In this document: positions 13,538 to 27,149 of the stretch, one piece after another
Numbering within the stretch: the stretch's first letter is position 1
How the letters are laid out: every line of letters starts with the position of its first letter
Source of the DNA: Leucoraja erinacea
Taxonomy: Eukaryota
Direction: 5' to 3'
Assembly (NCBI RefSeq): GCF_028641065.1
Contig: NC_073409.1
Span: 1,178,001-1,242,000 of the forward strand
Length of the DNA stretch: 64,000 nucleotides
Made by a program: the position numbers and the translations under genes
Notes under the pieces: generated by a model
What the model was told of the DNA's origin: nothing
The model's database searches: none
The model's input: the letters and a program-made list of their open reading frames with translations, nothing else

Positions 13538-13954
13538 CAATGAATTTCTTACTTGCATCAGCATTACAGACAGGTCCGTAAACACACTCAGACATACATA
13601 AGAAGCAAAGAAAATGTCAATGGATTATAAATGCCTACAATAGTACAAAAGTGTTCTTCACGCAACCCGGACAGGTCATAGCTCCTAGCTTCATCTAATT
13701 TATTATCATGTTTACTGAAGTACAGCGAACAGCTTTATGTTGTGTGCTACCCAGTTAGTGAAAATACATCGTGCAAATACATATGTATGCCAAGATGTTT
13801 CAGAAATGGAGAATAAAAGACAATGATAATTCCTGGTAAATAGGCAGTCAAGTGGATGAATGGTCCCAAACATGGATTTTGAACAGAGTCCCATTAATTG
13901 TACACTATCAAAATAACATGTCAGACACATTTGATAAATAATTTTATGGAGCCG

Positions 13955-14535
13955 CAAGGAATTGCAACTGCTGGAATCTTGCGTAGAGTAGTAACTGTGC
14001 TGGGGATAACTCAGCGGGTCAGGCAGCATCTGTGGAGAACATGGATAGGTGACGTTTCACAGAGTGCTGGAGTAAGTCAGTGGGTCAGGCAGCATCTGTG
14101 GAGAACATGGATAGGTGACGTTTCACAGAGTGCTGGAGTAACTCAGCGGGTGCAGCAGCAGCTATGGAGCTAAGGAAATAGGCAACGTTTTGGGCCGAAA
14201 CCCTTCCGGGTTTCGGCCCGAAACGTTGCCTATTTCCTTCGCTCCATAGATGCTGCTGCACCATAACTCAGCGGGTCAGGCAGCATCTGTGGATAACAAG
14301 GATAGGTGACGTTGCACAGAGTGCTGGAGTAACTCAGTGGGTCAGGCAACATCTGTGGAGAACATGGATAGGTGACGTTTCACAGATTCCTGGAGTAACT
14401 CAGTGGGACAGGCAGCATCTATCGATAGAAGGAATGGGTGACGTTTCGGGTAGAGAGAAGGGTCTTGATCCGAAACGTCACCCATTCCTTCAATCCAGAG
14501 ATACTGTCTACTCCAGCATTTTTTTTTGTCTATCT
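13955..14535 (-). repeat. 66-bp tandem array derived from the Penelope short element, with an embedded fold-back unit
   Basis: Unit gagtgctggagtaactcagcgggtcaggcagcatctgtggagaacatggataggtgacgtttcaca; atggatagg recurs at 14041 and 14107. Confidence 0.85.
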
Positions 14536-16524
14536 TAGGATCGGATTAACTATTTGTTGAAAACATTGCAAAGCTCTCGCTTGAACTGAAACTTATTTTG
14601 TTACTTTTCCTCTGACAGACACTGAAGAAACAAACTTGACTTTAAAAACAAAACCGGCAAAGTGCAGAATATTAATCAACTTCAGCAAGGAGCACTCACT
14701 GTCAGCACAGAACTCAACGCTTCACTGCAACTTCACACCTGATGACTCTTGGCCCTGTACACGTGACAACTTGGGAACAATTGTTAGCCTCGTTGATAAG
14801 AGTGGGTTTGACATTTTGTACACAGTGATCCTAAACCCCAGGAAATGAGTCGGGTCAACAGGAAGTAATTTGATGTTATTAAGATGCATGGGCGAGCTGT
14901 ACAAGTCTTCAGAAAGATTTACTTCTGAAATAAATCAGATTTAAAAAAACAAATGGTGCAGTATACAAATACAACACATTCATTCAAACAATCGGATTAA
15001 TTCAGTTTGCTTTCTGGACTCATTTTCAGTTTGTTGTTAAAAACACAAAACTATTTTCAAATAAAAATCAGAACCGTATCAATATTATAAAGGAATATAA
15101 AGTACACACCACATGACTGGTCAATGATATCAGCACAGGTCTGAACACATTTGTGTTTGCCCTGTAGTTTGGTTTAGGTTATTGCAATTGAGCCACCCTA
15201 TCGTTCCAGATTCAAGCTCAGTCAATGCAGGGAATTACTTTGCAGATTTGTTTGGGTTTCGAATGCATTTCACTGGCATCTGGCTGGGCTGCTCAAACAC
15301 CATCCATTGTTCATTGGCTCAACTAAATCCACTGGGCGGAGCGTCACCTGTATTCATGCAACGCAAGATAGAAGCAGCAAGCTGCAGTAACTCAGCGGGA
15401 CAGGCAGCATCGCTGGAGAGAAGGAATGGGCGATGTTTCAGGTCGAGACCCTTCTACATGCGAGAGAGCGTGTGCGTGTGCGTGTGCGTGTGCGTGTGTG
15501 TGAGAGAGTGCAAGTGCCTGTGTGACCACCCTTGTAAAACAGCAGGTACACAAAAATGCTGGAGAAACTCAGCGAGTGCAGCAGCATCTGTGGAGCAAAG
15601 GAAATGGGCAACATTTCGGGCTGAAACCCATCTTCAGACTGTCCAATTCCAGCTGCAGACAACTCAAGTAGCTTATTTGAAGATATCTTTGACCAATTTT
15701 AGTGGGAGATACTTAGTCATCAGAACTGCATCTAAAGAACGTCTGAATTCAATTTCTGGCAACTGTGTCAATTCCATTTCCTGATTTATAAAGTGAGTTA
15801 GCGTTCCCTCACAGACCCACCTCGAAATTGGATCCATTCAACATGAGTTTTATCCACAAACCATTTTGTATCCATTTCCTATTGAAATCTTGCCCGTTAA
15901 TGAATTGGACCGGATAATGCCTGATGCAACTTAACTTTTCCACGTTTCCTTATTCCATCCCATATCATGTGCACAATGATATCAGCAAAGTGCACGTCAT
16001 TGACACAGTGCTAACATTCCATCCAAGCTTCTGCACTGCAGATTTCTGTGAAGGTCTTGGCCAAGCTGAGCCGATACCCAACCCATCCGACTATCTGTCT
16101 GCTAAGCCGACAAGTGGACCTGCAATCACCCATTACAATCGCCCCACTCTCTTATCCCTCGACTCCAACAGCAGCATTTCTTACTTGAACCAGCCCCCCC
16201 CCCAATGTATTACAGGTTGTCCATCAGCCACAGTGCACCAACCAGTGAGTCGGGGGTGGGGAAGGGACTGGGACTCTGAGTAACAGACTATCGTACAGCA
16301 TTAAAAATCTATTTGCTTCAAAAACAAAAGGATCGATTGAAGAAATTGTCTGAAGGGTCTCGACCCAAAATGTCACTTATTCCTTCTCTCCAGAGATGCT
16401 GCCTGTCCCGTTGAGTTATTCCAGCTTTGTGTCTAAACACGCATCTGCAGTTCCTTCCTACAAATTTTCCAAAGCATGGTTAATTCTCATATTATTTATT
16501 ATGTTCTAAATAGGTATTGGGTAA

Positions 16525-17015
16525 GTCTGTAGAAGGGTTCCAACCACCTATCCATGTGCTCCACAGATGCTGCCTGACCCGCTGACCAGCACTCTGTGAA
16601 ACGTCCATGTTCTCCACACAGATGCTGCCTGACCCACTCAGTTATGGTGCAGCAGCATCTATGGAGCTAAGGAAATAGGCAACGTTTCGGGCCGAAATCC
16701 TTCTGGAAATAGGCAACGTTTTGGGCCGAAACCCTTACGGGTTTCGGCCCGAAACGTTGCCTATTTCCTTAGCTCCACAGATGCTGCTGCACCCGCTGAG
16801 TTACTCCAGCACTCTGTGAAACGTCATCTATCCATGTTCTCCACAGATGCTGCTGCACCCGCTGAGTTACTCCAGCACTCTGTGAAACGTCACCTATCCA
16901 TGTTCTACAGAGATGCTGCCTGACCCGCTGAGTTACTCCAGCACTCTGTGAAACGTCACCTATTCATGTTCTCCACAGATGCTGCCTGACCAGCTGAGTT
17001 ACTCCAGCACTCTTG
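16525..17015 (+). repeat. 66-bp tandem array, reverse orientation to the 14-kb array
   Basis: ttactccagc at 16801, 16867, 16933 and 16999 (period 66). Confidence 0.85.
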
Positions 17016-17069
17016 TTTCTATGTTCTAATTGAAGAAATCAATATTGATTGGATGATACGTGAAGGTTT

Positions 17070-17653
17070 GATGCTTGAAAGGAAACGGACCTTTCTCAGG
17101 TCACCGAGTCGACATCAACCATCACTCACATTGCTGCCAAGTTATCCTACTTTCCCGCACACTAGGGACTATTTCACAGAGGCCAATTAATCAACAAACT
17201 TGCACGACTTTGGGCTGTGGGAGGTAACCAGAGGAAACTCGGATGAAATTCATGTAGGAACGTGCAAACTCCACACAGGCAGCATCCGAGGTCGGCATCG
17301 AACCCGGTCTCTGGCGCCGTGAGGCAGTGATTCTACCCGCTGGAGAATGGAGGAAACAGAAACTACAGCAGCAGCTTCCAGCAAAAACAATAATTTCTAC
17401 ATAATTAAAAAAGTACATCTTACATTGCTGTCTGTACGGAGTTTGTACATTCTCCCTGTGACCGCGTGGGGTTTCTCCAGGTGCTTCGGTTTCCACCAAC
17501 ACTCCAAGCATGTAGATTAATTGGCTTTGGTAAATTTTCTAAATTGTCCCTAGTGTGTGTGTGTGTGATAGTGTTAGTGTGCGGGGATCGCTGGTCGGCA
17601 CGGACTCGGTGGGCCAAAGGGCTCATTTCCATGCTGTATCTCTAAACTAAACT
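17070..17653. mobile_element. Two HE1-type SINEs (17070-17342 minus; 17426-17653 plus)
   Basis: Consensus matches in opposite orientations. Confidence 0.75.
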
Positions 17654-18524
17654 CAATATTTGAAAAAACTCAATCACTAACACCACCAAATGATTGTTGG
17701 GGAATTAACAAATCAGCTCCACTTTTGGTGGCTATCGGCAGATTATATTTTCCATGGCCCTGGGTGATCCATCATCTGTCGTGGCAAGTGATTCTTTTGT
17801 ACATGACCCTACTCGGGAGTACCACTCAATACGTTAATCATTCAGCAAATATATCTTCCTGAAGTTGCCTTCTGAAGTCAGGCCTCCTGGAAAAACTGTC
17901 CATGCCAAACTGAAATAACGCTCAAGATTAACTTCTCCGCCTTGAAAAACCTCCACATGAACTCTGAGGAAAGTTACTGGATTAGAATAAAAGTGACAAA
18001 CACTTGGAGAATAGGAACAGCTTGGAACATTTGTTAAGGAGAGGCCATATCTCCCTGGTCTCACATTTTCTAAAGGACCATTAACGTCACAAACAGAACA
18101 TTCACAAATATCATTTTTACGGATTGCTGAAGGCATTTCTTAAATGGTTTTTTTCCCCAAAAAAAATGTAGTTAACAGGAAACAGAGTAAGCATGAATTA
18201 ATCTTGTTCACATTGAGAAGATGTAACCAACATACACAATGTTAAAATGAATGTACCATTGATAAATGGAGCAGAGGTCCAGTCACTAAATTTGCTGTTA
18301 ACACAAGATATGCAGAAATGTTGAGGGGAAAACATGAGCCACAAGGGGATAGAAATACATTGAAAGATTACGGATCTGGTAAATACATTATAATGTTGGA
18401 AATAGGCTAAATTATCCATTTTGGCAGTAAATATTAAAATAGCAAGTCATCTAAATGGTGAGAGTTCTATCAGTCCTCATGTACTCCTTACTAATGTTCA
18501 GTCGGTCCTCATTATTATGGACCT

Positions 18525-18896
18525 TTAGACACAGCATAGAAACAGCCCTTCCATGCTGACCTTAATGCATTTCGTTGTCTCTGTACTGTACACTGACAAT
18601 GACAATTAAAATTGAATCTTGAATCTGAATCTGACCAGCAATGACCCCACAAGCACGAGCACTATCCTACACAACAAGGACAATTCATAATTTTTTTTTT
18701 GTTTAATACCAACGCCAATTAACCTACAAACTTGTACATCTTTGGCATGTGGGAAGAAACCAGAGCACCCAGAGAAAACCCACACAGGTCATAGGGGGAA
18801 CGAACAAACTCTGCACAAACAGCACCCTTAGTCAGGATTGAACCTGGGTCTCTGGTGCTGGGAGGCAGCAACTCTACCGCTGCGCCACCGTGCTGC
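18525..18896 (-). mobile_element. HE1-type V-SINE with an inserted LINE tail (~18565-18632)
   Basis: Reverse complement of gcacggtggcgcagcggtagag; the insert ends attgaatcttgaatctgaatctga. Confidence 0.75.
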
Positions 18897-19440
18897 CTCT
18901 TTATAACTGACTTTGGCAGATGAGACCCAGTGTAAACGAGGCGTCTGTTTGAATCGGGTTTGAGGACCGAGTATGTTATTTCACGACTCGAGGATCAGAA
19001 TAAGGCCATTCAGCCCATCAAGTCTATTCTGCCATTCAATCGTGGCTGATCTATCTTACAACAAGATACAACAAGATACATTTAATTGTCATTTGGACCT
19101 CTTGAGGTCCAAACGAAATGCCGTTTCTGCAGCCATACATTACAAACAAATAGACCCAAGATACAACATAATTTACATAAACATCCATCACATTGCTGTG
19201 ATGGAAGGCCAAATAAACTTATCTTTCCCTCTCAACCCCATTATCCCGCCTTTGCCCCACATTACCCGACACCTTCAGGTGGTTGGAGTAAATATAGTCT
19301 CAGTCTATCTTTTCCTTTCCTGTTCATTATGTGCCTTGTTCAGCGTGTACTGTTGGGCTGTTTTTCCATTGCTGATAACATTTCCCCCCCACCATGCTCA
19401 GTTCTCAAGAGGGTTGTGTGTACACAAATTAGACTGCCAG

Positions 19441-19850
19441 AATAGGAGTTTAGAAGAATGAGGGGGGGACCTCATTGAAATGTACAGAATAGTGAAAGGC
19501 TTGGATAGAGTGGGTGTGGAGAGGATGTTTCCACTTGTGGGAGTGTCTAGAACCAGAGGGCACAGCCTCAGAATTAAAGGATGTTCTTTTAGGAAGGGGA
19601 CGAGTAGAAATGTATTTAGTCAGCGGGTGGTGAATCTGTGGAATTCTCTGCCACAGGAGGCAGTGGAGGCCAAGTCAGTGGATATATTTAAGGCAGAGAT
19701 AGATAGATTATTGATTATTACAGGTGTCAGAGGTTATGGGGAGAAGGCAGGAGAATGGGGTCAGGAGGGAGAGATAGATCAGCCATGATTCAATGGCAGA
19801 GTCGACTTGATGGGCCGAATGGCCTAATTCTACTCCTATTCTTTATGACC
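19441..19850 (+). mobile_element. CR1-clade LINE 3' fragment
   Basis: YRIVKGLDRVGVERMFPLVGVSRTRGHSLRIKG...SQRVVNLWNSLPQEAVEAKSVDIFKAEIDR plus tail. Confidence 0.9.
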
Positions 19851-20286
19851 TAATATTATTGCTATTATCAGAGGAAATTAATACAAAAAACTGGAGGGTT
19901 TGCTTCCATGTTATAGAATCTTGGTGACACAACGTGTGGAATAACTTTATACACTATTGGTCTTATTTAAGGAAGGATGTTATTATATCGGAGAGAATCG
20001 GACGTGGTTTGCTAGACTCGTAAGTGGAATGGGCAGGTTGTCCGAGGATGAAAGGTTAGGCTGGATTGGCTTGGATCCCTTGGGGCAAGCGAGACCTTGA
20101 TTGAAACAGACCCAGAGTTATCCTGACAAGATGAATGTTGAGAACATGTTTTCTCTTGTGCAGGAAGGAACTGCAGATGGTGGTTTAAACCGAAGATAGA
20201 CAAAATCCTAGAATAACGCAGTGGGACAGGCAGTATCTCTGGAGAGAAGGAATAGGTGACGTTTCGGGTCGAGACATCGAAATATA

Positions 20287-20545
20287 TAAACATAGAAAAT
20301 AGGTGCAGGAGCAGGCCATTCGGCCCTTCGAGCCAGTACCATCATTCAATATGATCACAGCTGATCATCCAAAATCAGTACCCCGTTCCTGCTTTCTCCC
20401 CTTATCCATCGGTTCCATTAGCCCCAAGAGCGAAATTAAATTCTCTCTTGAAAATATCCAGTGAATTGGCCTCCACTGCCTTCTGTGGCAGAGAATTCCA
20501 CAGATTCACAACTCTCTGGGTGAAAACGTTTTTCATTATCTCAGT
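20287..20545 (-). mobile_element. CR1-clade LINE 3' fragment
   Basis: Reverse complement of the TQRVVNLWNSLPQKAVEA region and tail. Confidence 0.85.
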
Positions 20546-21804
20546 CGTAAATTACCCATTTAAGGCCAGTTTTCTCTTGTGGCAGAATCTGGAACCAGGG
20601 ATTTTATTTTTTTAAACAGAGAAAGTAGGGTTGTTGAATATTCTTAAGTAGATGGATAATTGAAAAGTAAGGAGTTCAAAGGTCTCGGCACTTAAACAGA
20701 ATGCAGAGTTTATATTCAGATCAGTCATGAAGTTATTAAATGGCAGAGCAGTTTGATAGAGACCTGCCTCTGCTCCTAATTCTTATAACTGTTAGCAGAA
20801 TGGATAAGGTTGGTCATAAATGATGAATTAGGCCATTCGGCCCATCGTGTCTACTCTGCCATTCAATCATGGCTGAACTAGCTCTCCTAAAGGACAGGTT
20901 TGGAGGGATTTTAGCTTGCATGTGTTTGGTTCATTTGCCAGAAATATTCAATATAAAACGTTATCAAAGGTGCAAATAATAATTTTCAAACACCACTTTC
21001 CCTCCTCCAGCCAAGTAACAAACAATGCAAAGTATCCCAAGCATTTGTACGGATGAGATTTATGGGCGAGATTTAACATGCGCTCTGACAAGCCTGAAAG
21101 CTCCAGCAGGAAATGTGAAATCACCCATGGTCTTGGCATCATGTCCACAGGGCTGGACAGTAAATTCTCCAACTCTGTCAGCGGGTGGCAGGTTCCATTT
21201 CAAACAGAAACCTATCACTGTCACCACTCCAGCCCTTTAACAACAGTGTATTGTCTGGCTGACAATGGCAACAGAACACACACTGCAAGCAACATGCAAA
21301 CACTGCGTCTAAAGTAGAAGAGAGACACAAAATGCCGGAGTAACTCAGCGGACAGGCAGCATCTCTGGAGCATATGGATGGATGAAGTGTCAGGACATGA
21401 CCCTTCTTCAGACGTTTTTCTTCCAACTTCAAAGCTGGAGTTTAAAGATGTACATTTGGAAGTGAAGGGCAACATGGAAAAATAGAGACACGGGTAATAC
21501 TGCAAAAACATGATACAGGGTAGTGCATCCTTAGAAAGCAAGTATTGTGGAAAATAGCTTCACAAAAACAGGTAATTCCCCCCCCCCCTTCTCACCAGCC
21601 TGGGTATTGGTTTTGCAGGGCAGCATCAATTAACAATTGTAACGTTTAATAGTTTCTGATCAAAACCACCTTAAAACTATAGTTTGTTTGGTTGTTTGTT
21701 TGCTTGTCTTTTTGCCAAATGTCCGCGAGCATTGCCACTTTTCATTTCACTGCACATCTCGTATGTGTATGTGACGAATAAACTCGACTTGGTTTGGTAT
21801 AAGT

Positions 21805-22082
21805 TTTTGCCTCACAGCACCAGAGTCCCGGGTTCGATCCTGACTACAGGTGATGTCTGTACTAAGGTTGTACATTCTCCCTGTGACCATGTGGGTTTTC
21901 TCCAGATGCTCCGGTTTCCTCCCACACTCCAAAGACGTGCAGGTTTGTTGGTTAATTAGCTTGGTATAATTGTAAATAGTCCCGAGTGGGTAGGATAGTG
22001 TTAAGGTACAGGGATCGCTGGTCGGTGCGGGCTCTGTGGGCCGAATGGCCTGTTTCCGCGCTGTATCTCTAAACTAAACTAA
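21805..22082 (+). mobile_element. HE1-type V-SINE
   Basis: Box B ggttcgatcc, V-domain and ctaaactaaactaa tail. Confidence 0.85.
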
Positions 22083-22287
22083 GGGCAGAAAATGTTAGTG
22101 GGTTTGACTGTACACATTAGGAGTGATACAAGACAGGAGTATTCGCCAGGAAACTGAAGGTATAGCAAGGACCATAGAATAATCACAGGAAACTATCATC
22201 TGTATGAAGACTGTGTGTAATAGTGCAGTAGATGAACCAATGGAGAATATAAACCTGTTTTCAGGATCATTTGTCCAGTATTAGTCC

Positions 22288-22915
22288 TTTATAAATCAGA
22301 GCATTGAGTATAGAAGCTGGGATGTAATGTTAAAATTGTACAAGGCATTGGTGAGACCAAATCTGAGGTATGGTGTACAATTTTGGTCACCCAATTATAG
22401 GAAGGATGTCAACAAAATAGAGAGAGTACAGAGGAGATTTACTAGAATGTTGCCTGGGTTTCAACAACTAAGTTACAGAGATAGGTTGAATAAGTTAGGT
22501 CTTTATTCTCTGGAGCGCAGAAGGTTGAGGGGGGACTTGATAAAGGTCTTTAAAATGATGTGAGGGATAGACAGAGTTGACGTGGACAAGCTTTTCCCTT
22601 TGAGAATAGGGAAGATTCAAACAAGAGGACATGACTTCAGAATTAAGGGACAGAAGTTTAGGGGTAAAATGAGGGGGAACTTCTTTACTCAGGGAGTGGT
22701 AGCGGTGTGGAATGAGCTTCCAGTGGAAGTGGTGGAGGCAGGTTCATTGGTATCATTTAAAAATAAATTGGATAGGCATATGGATGAGAAGGGAATGGAG
22801 GGTTATGGTATGAGTGCAGGCAGGCAGGTGGGACTAAGGGGAAAAAAAAAAAAGTGTTCGGCACGGACTTGTAGGGCCGAGATGGCCTGTTTCCGTGCTG
22901 TAATTGTTATATGGT
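22288..22915 (+). mobile_element. CR1-clade LINE 3' fragment (young, one internal stop)
   Basis: MLKLYKALVRPNLRYGVQFWSPNYRKDVNKIERVQRRFTRMLPG...TRGHDFRIKG...NFFTQGVVAVWNELP. Confidence 0.92.
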
Positions 22916-23282
22916 TATTAGGCAATGAGAAAAAGGTTCAATGTTAATGTTGTGGTTCACAAACCTGGAGGAAAGAATAATCATTATACAATAGAATTGT
23001 ATATAAAGATTGCAAGCGAATTATCTCAAAATGTAGCCAGAGATTTAAACCAAAACAGAGGCATGAGTTGGCTGTGGTGGATTGGGAAAACTATAAAAGA
23101 TATTATAGTAAACAAGCAGTGGTTAATATTTCATTACATAATTCGTTTAAAAGCAACATGTACCTTGTTAAAGAAAGTAAACAATGAAAATTGCCCCGCC
23201 ATGACTAACATAAGTCAATGCAAGTTGACTAAAAATGTGCTATATAAATAAGATTATTATTATATATATTATTATTAAGTCA

Positions 23283-23797
23283 TGTTTAAGAAGGAACTGC
23301 AGATGCTGGAATATGAAAGATAGTCAAAAATGCTGGAGTAACTCAGCGGGTGCAGCAGCATCTATGGAGCGAAGGAAATAGGCAACGTTTCGGGCCGAAA
23401 CCCTTTCGGGTTTCGGCCCGAAACGTTACCTATTTCCTTCCGGGTTTCGGGCCGAAACGTTGCCTATTTCCTTCACTCCATAGATAGAAACATAGAAATT
23501 AGGTGCAGGAGTAGGCCATTCGGCCCTTCGAGCCTGCACCGCCATTCAATATGATCATGGCTGATCATCCAACTCAGTATCCCGTACCTGCCTTCTCTCC
23601 GTACCCTCTGATCCCCTTAGCCACAAGGGCCACATCTAACTCCCTCTTAAATATAGCCAATGAACTGGCCTCAACTACCCTCTGTGGCAGAGAGTTCCAG
23701 AGTTTCACCACTCTCTGTGTGAAAAATGTTCTTCTCATCTCGGTTTTACGGGATTTCCCCCTTATGCTGCTGCACCCGCTGAGATTCTCCAGCATTT
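23283..23797. mobile_element. Fold-back Penelope-derived element interrupted by a CR1 3' fragment (23485-23764, minus)
   Basis: The right arm ...ccatagat resumes at gctgctgcacccgctgagattctccagcatttt after the CR1 insert. Confidence 0.75.
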
Positions 23798-23989
23798 TAA
23801 TTATTATAAAACCAGTCTACAACATCACACAAAAAAAAAGCATGAGCATGGGAAAATTATTAGCATTCAACATCGAAAGGCCAGGGTAATGATTAGAATA
23901 CAAAACATAGAATATCACTCTAATCTATCAAAGTACCAAAACTACTGCAAAGATTTCCATGGGCACATAGAGGGGAAAAGATTAGCAAA

Positions 23990-25630
23990 AGTTAATCTGG
24001 AAGAAATTATGTTGGGGGATAAAGGAAATGGCAAGAAAATTAAATAATTATGCTTCAGTGGGAACAACAGATCTACAGTGAATGAGCTGAAAGAAATCAG
24101 CATTAGGAAAGGAAATCATATTGAAAAAATTAATAGGATTGAAAGCCAATAAATCCTCAGCATCTGTTGACCTGCATGTTAAGAATAGTGAAAGGCGTGG
24201 ATGTGGAGAGGATGTTTCCACTCGCGGGAGAGTCTAGGACTAGAGGTCACAGCCTCGGAATTAAAGGACATTCTTTTAGGACGGAGATGAGTAGGAATTT
24301 GTTTAGTCAGGGAGTGGTGAATGTGTGGAATTCTTTGCCACCAATGGCTGTGGAGGAAAAGTCAGTGGATATATTTAAGACAGAGATAGATAGATTCTTG
24401 ATTAGTACGGGTGTCAGAGGTTATGGGGAGAAGGCAGGAGAATGGGGTCAGGAGGGAGAGATAGATCAGCCATGAGTGAATGGCGGAGTAGACTTGATGG
24501 GCTGAATGGCCTAAATCTACCATCACTTATGATCTTAAGGTACGGAGGGATGCGATTAAGATAATGCATGCACCATACAGCTTTAAAATGTCCACCAATT
24601 CTGGATTGGAAGAACGTTTGTATAATCCCACCACCTAACAAGTCAGGAGAAGAAAAGCAATGGGAAACTATAAACAAATTAGACGTGGTAACTGAACATT
24701 TAGAACATATTAGACTTGGATAGGGTCAACATGGATTTCCACAAGGAAAACAACATTTCACAAATCAGTTAGGCCTTGAAGATAGTAACCAGTAAAATGG
24801 ATAAGGAAAAAAGGTTGTGTGTCTAGTGGAGTTGTAACTTCAGGAGATTTTCAATGCAATGCCAGACAAGGATATTATCTTGTGGGTGAGGGAACTGCAG
24901 ATGCTGGTTAAAACCGAAGAGACACACAAAATGCTGGAGCAACTCAGCGGGACAGGCAGCATCTCTGGAGAGAGAGGATGGGTGACGTTTCAGGTCGAGA
25001 CCCTCTTACATGGTGGCGCAGTGGTAGAGCTGCTGCCTTACAACACCAGGGACCCAGGTTCGATCCTGACTTCGGGTGCTGTGTACGGAGTTTGTACGTT
25101 CTCCCTGTGACCATGCGAGTTTTCTCCGGGTGCTCCAGTTTCCTCCCACATTCCAAAGACGTGCAGGTTTGTAGGTTAATTGGCTTCTGTAAATTGTCCC
25201 TAATGTGAAGGATAGAACTGGTGTACGGGCGATCGCTGGTCAACGTGGACTAGGGCCGAAGGGCCTGTTTCCACGCTGCATCTCTAAATCTAAAAAAAAT
25301 GTTCACACTTGAAGATTGTAACCAGTATAATGGATAAGAAAAAGTGTGTCTGGTAGATTTGTGAGTTCAGGAGAAATTCAATGCAATTCCAGACAAGGAT
25401 ATTATACAAATTTACAGCTCGAAGTGGAGGATACTATATTGGCAAGAGCTAAGGATTACACGGGGTCAAGATAAAAAACCATGAATAGCAAACAGTAGGA
25501 ATAACTTTGGAATGGGAGTTTGCAAAGGGGAGGGGAGGGGGGGTGCTGTGGTTTTTTTGTGCCAAGGAGCCAGCTATTCCGTGATTTGGATGAGGATGAT
25601 GAAATGTAATATATCCAAGCTTACTGATAC
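23990..25630 (+). mobile_element. Old, highly decayed CR1 ORF2 relic interrupted by younger CR1 (24180-24530), Penelope-derived and HE1 inserts
   Basis: Residual motifs KEMARKLNNY (~24020), LKKLIGLKANKS (~24120), QHGF (~24727) and KCNISKLTD (~25600). Confidence 0.6.
25010..25292 (+). mobile_element. HE1-type V-SINE, full length
   Basis: tggcgcagtgg, ggttcgatcc, V-domain and tail. Confidence 0.85.
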
Positions 25631-27149
25631 TCAGTGGACATTTAAGTCCAATAAAGTTCAAGTAAAGATAGTTCAAGAGATCTCCAATGCGGTAGATGGG
25701 AGGTCAGGATCGCACTCGAGCTGGTGAGAGATCCATTCAGTTGCCCGATAATAGCGGGGATGAAACTGTCCCCGAATCTGGAGGTGTGCATTTGACTTAC
25801 CTAGTTTAACTTGCCTCGCTGAACATTTTTGGGTATGATTTGCATTGCATAATGTAGCATTCTTCCAGAGAGTTACTTTAATAAAAAGTTTAGTCTCTAC
25901 TGGAATAGCATCTGTGTCTTATTCCCTGCTTCCTGAGATGCATGCATCACTTACAAGAGGAAACCAGTGTTCATTAGTCTGACTCCCAATTCACAATTGA
26001 GGCTTAACCAGCGCAAGCAAAAAGCTAGCTGTCCACTTCCGTCAAATTAAATTTACAGGAAGTTGATCATTTTGTTCCACTCCTTGAATAATTTGCTTCA
26101 TATATCAGTACCCCACGCAGGACATCTCCAATAAACGCTGACGGGAACGTTGACGACGACTTATAATAACCATATATTTTCAACAATAGGCATGTGGAAC
26201 CAAGACGGGGAAATAAGAATGTAATCTTATTTAACCAGCTGCATAACTGAAAGAAAGAAAATTACAATAGCAATAGCCATTTCCTTAGCTATACCTCAGA
26301 TGTATGATGTATCATTATTGCCCGGCATAATCACAATAATTGGAGTCTTCTTATCGATAATACACTTCTTAGAATAATTGCTTTGCTTGCTACAAGAGTT
26401 GCCAAGAAACAACATTGCAACCCAAACCCAAATCTTGACCCTTACTTATATTAAGCCAATTACATTCATATTTTCATTACCCTAGCACACAATGTCACGT
26501 AAATATGTAGAGTCTACCGCAGAGCTTTCCAGATATTAAATGCTGTTAGAAAGTAAGTATAAAGTCCCAGTGAGACATTATTTGAACATTATTTAATTTT
26601 ATGGTGAAGTTAGTTGTGAAATATCGAGAGCCCATAACATCAGTAAAATACATAAAAGTCGCACCATCTACATCTACACCAAGGATCTGGAGGTTAATTG
26701 AGCAAGGCATTCCAAGCTCATTTTGTCACAATTATTTGAACAATCATCGAGTGTATTTAATGACCAATTCAGAACCACTGCCGTGTACTGATGAGTGATT
26801 TCTCAGTTCCTGGCACAATCATTCTGAAGCTTGGCCGACGTGTTGACTGGAAAATAAATTCCCAGTATTATTTTATTTTTACAGTCATGGCCCAAAATAA
26901 TTTAGTGGATGGTTTTAAAGAAAAACTCATGGTAATCAAAAATCCATCCTCGGTCAGATCCATGGACAACATTGTGGCCTTTGCATTCAGCATCCCATGT
27001 CTGTGCATTCCAGAGTTTTATTGATTATTTTCAATTTTGGTTACTAATCAGTGTAGGAAGAAACTGCAAATGCTGGTTTGCTGATAGGACAGACATAAAA
27101 TGCTGGAGTAACTCAGCGGGTCAGGCAGCACCTCTGGAGTTTCAATGTC

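Noticed and set aside
13955-17015. CRISPR-like appearance of the regularly spaced repeats
   Set aside because: Units are contiguous 66-bp tandem copies without unique spacers, there are no cas genes, and the DNA is vertebrate.
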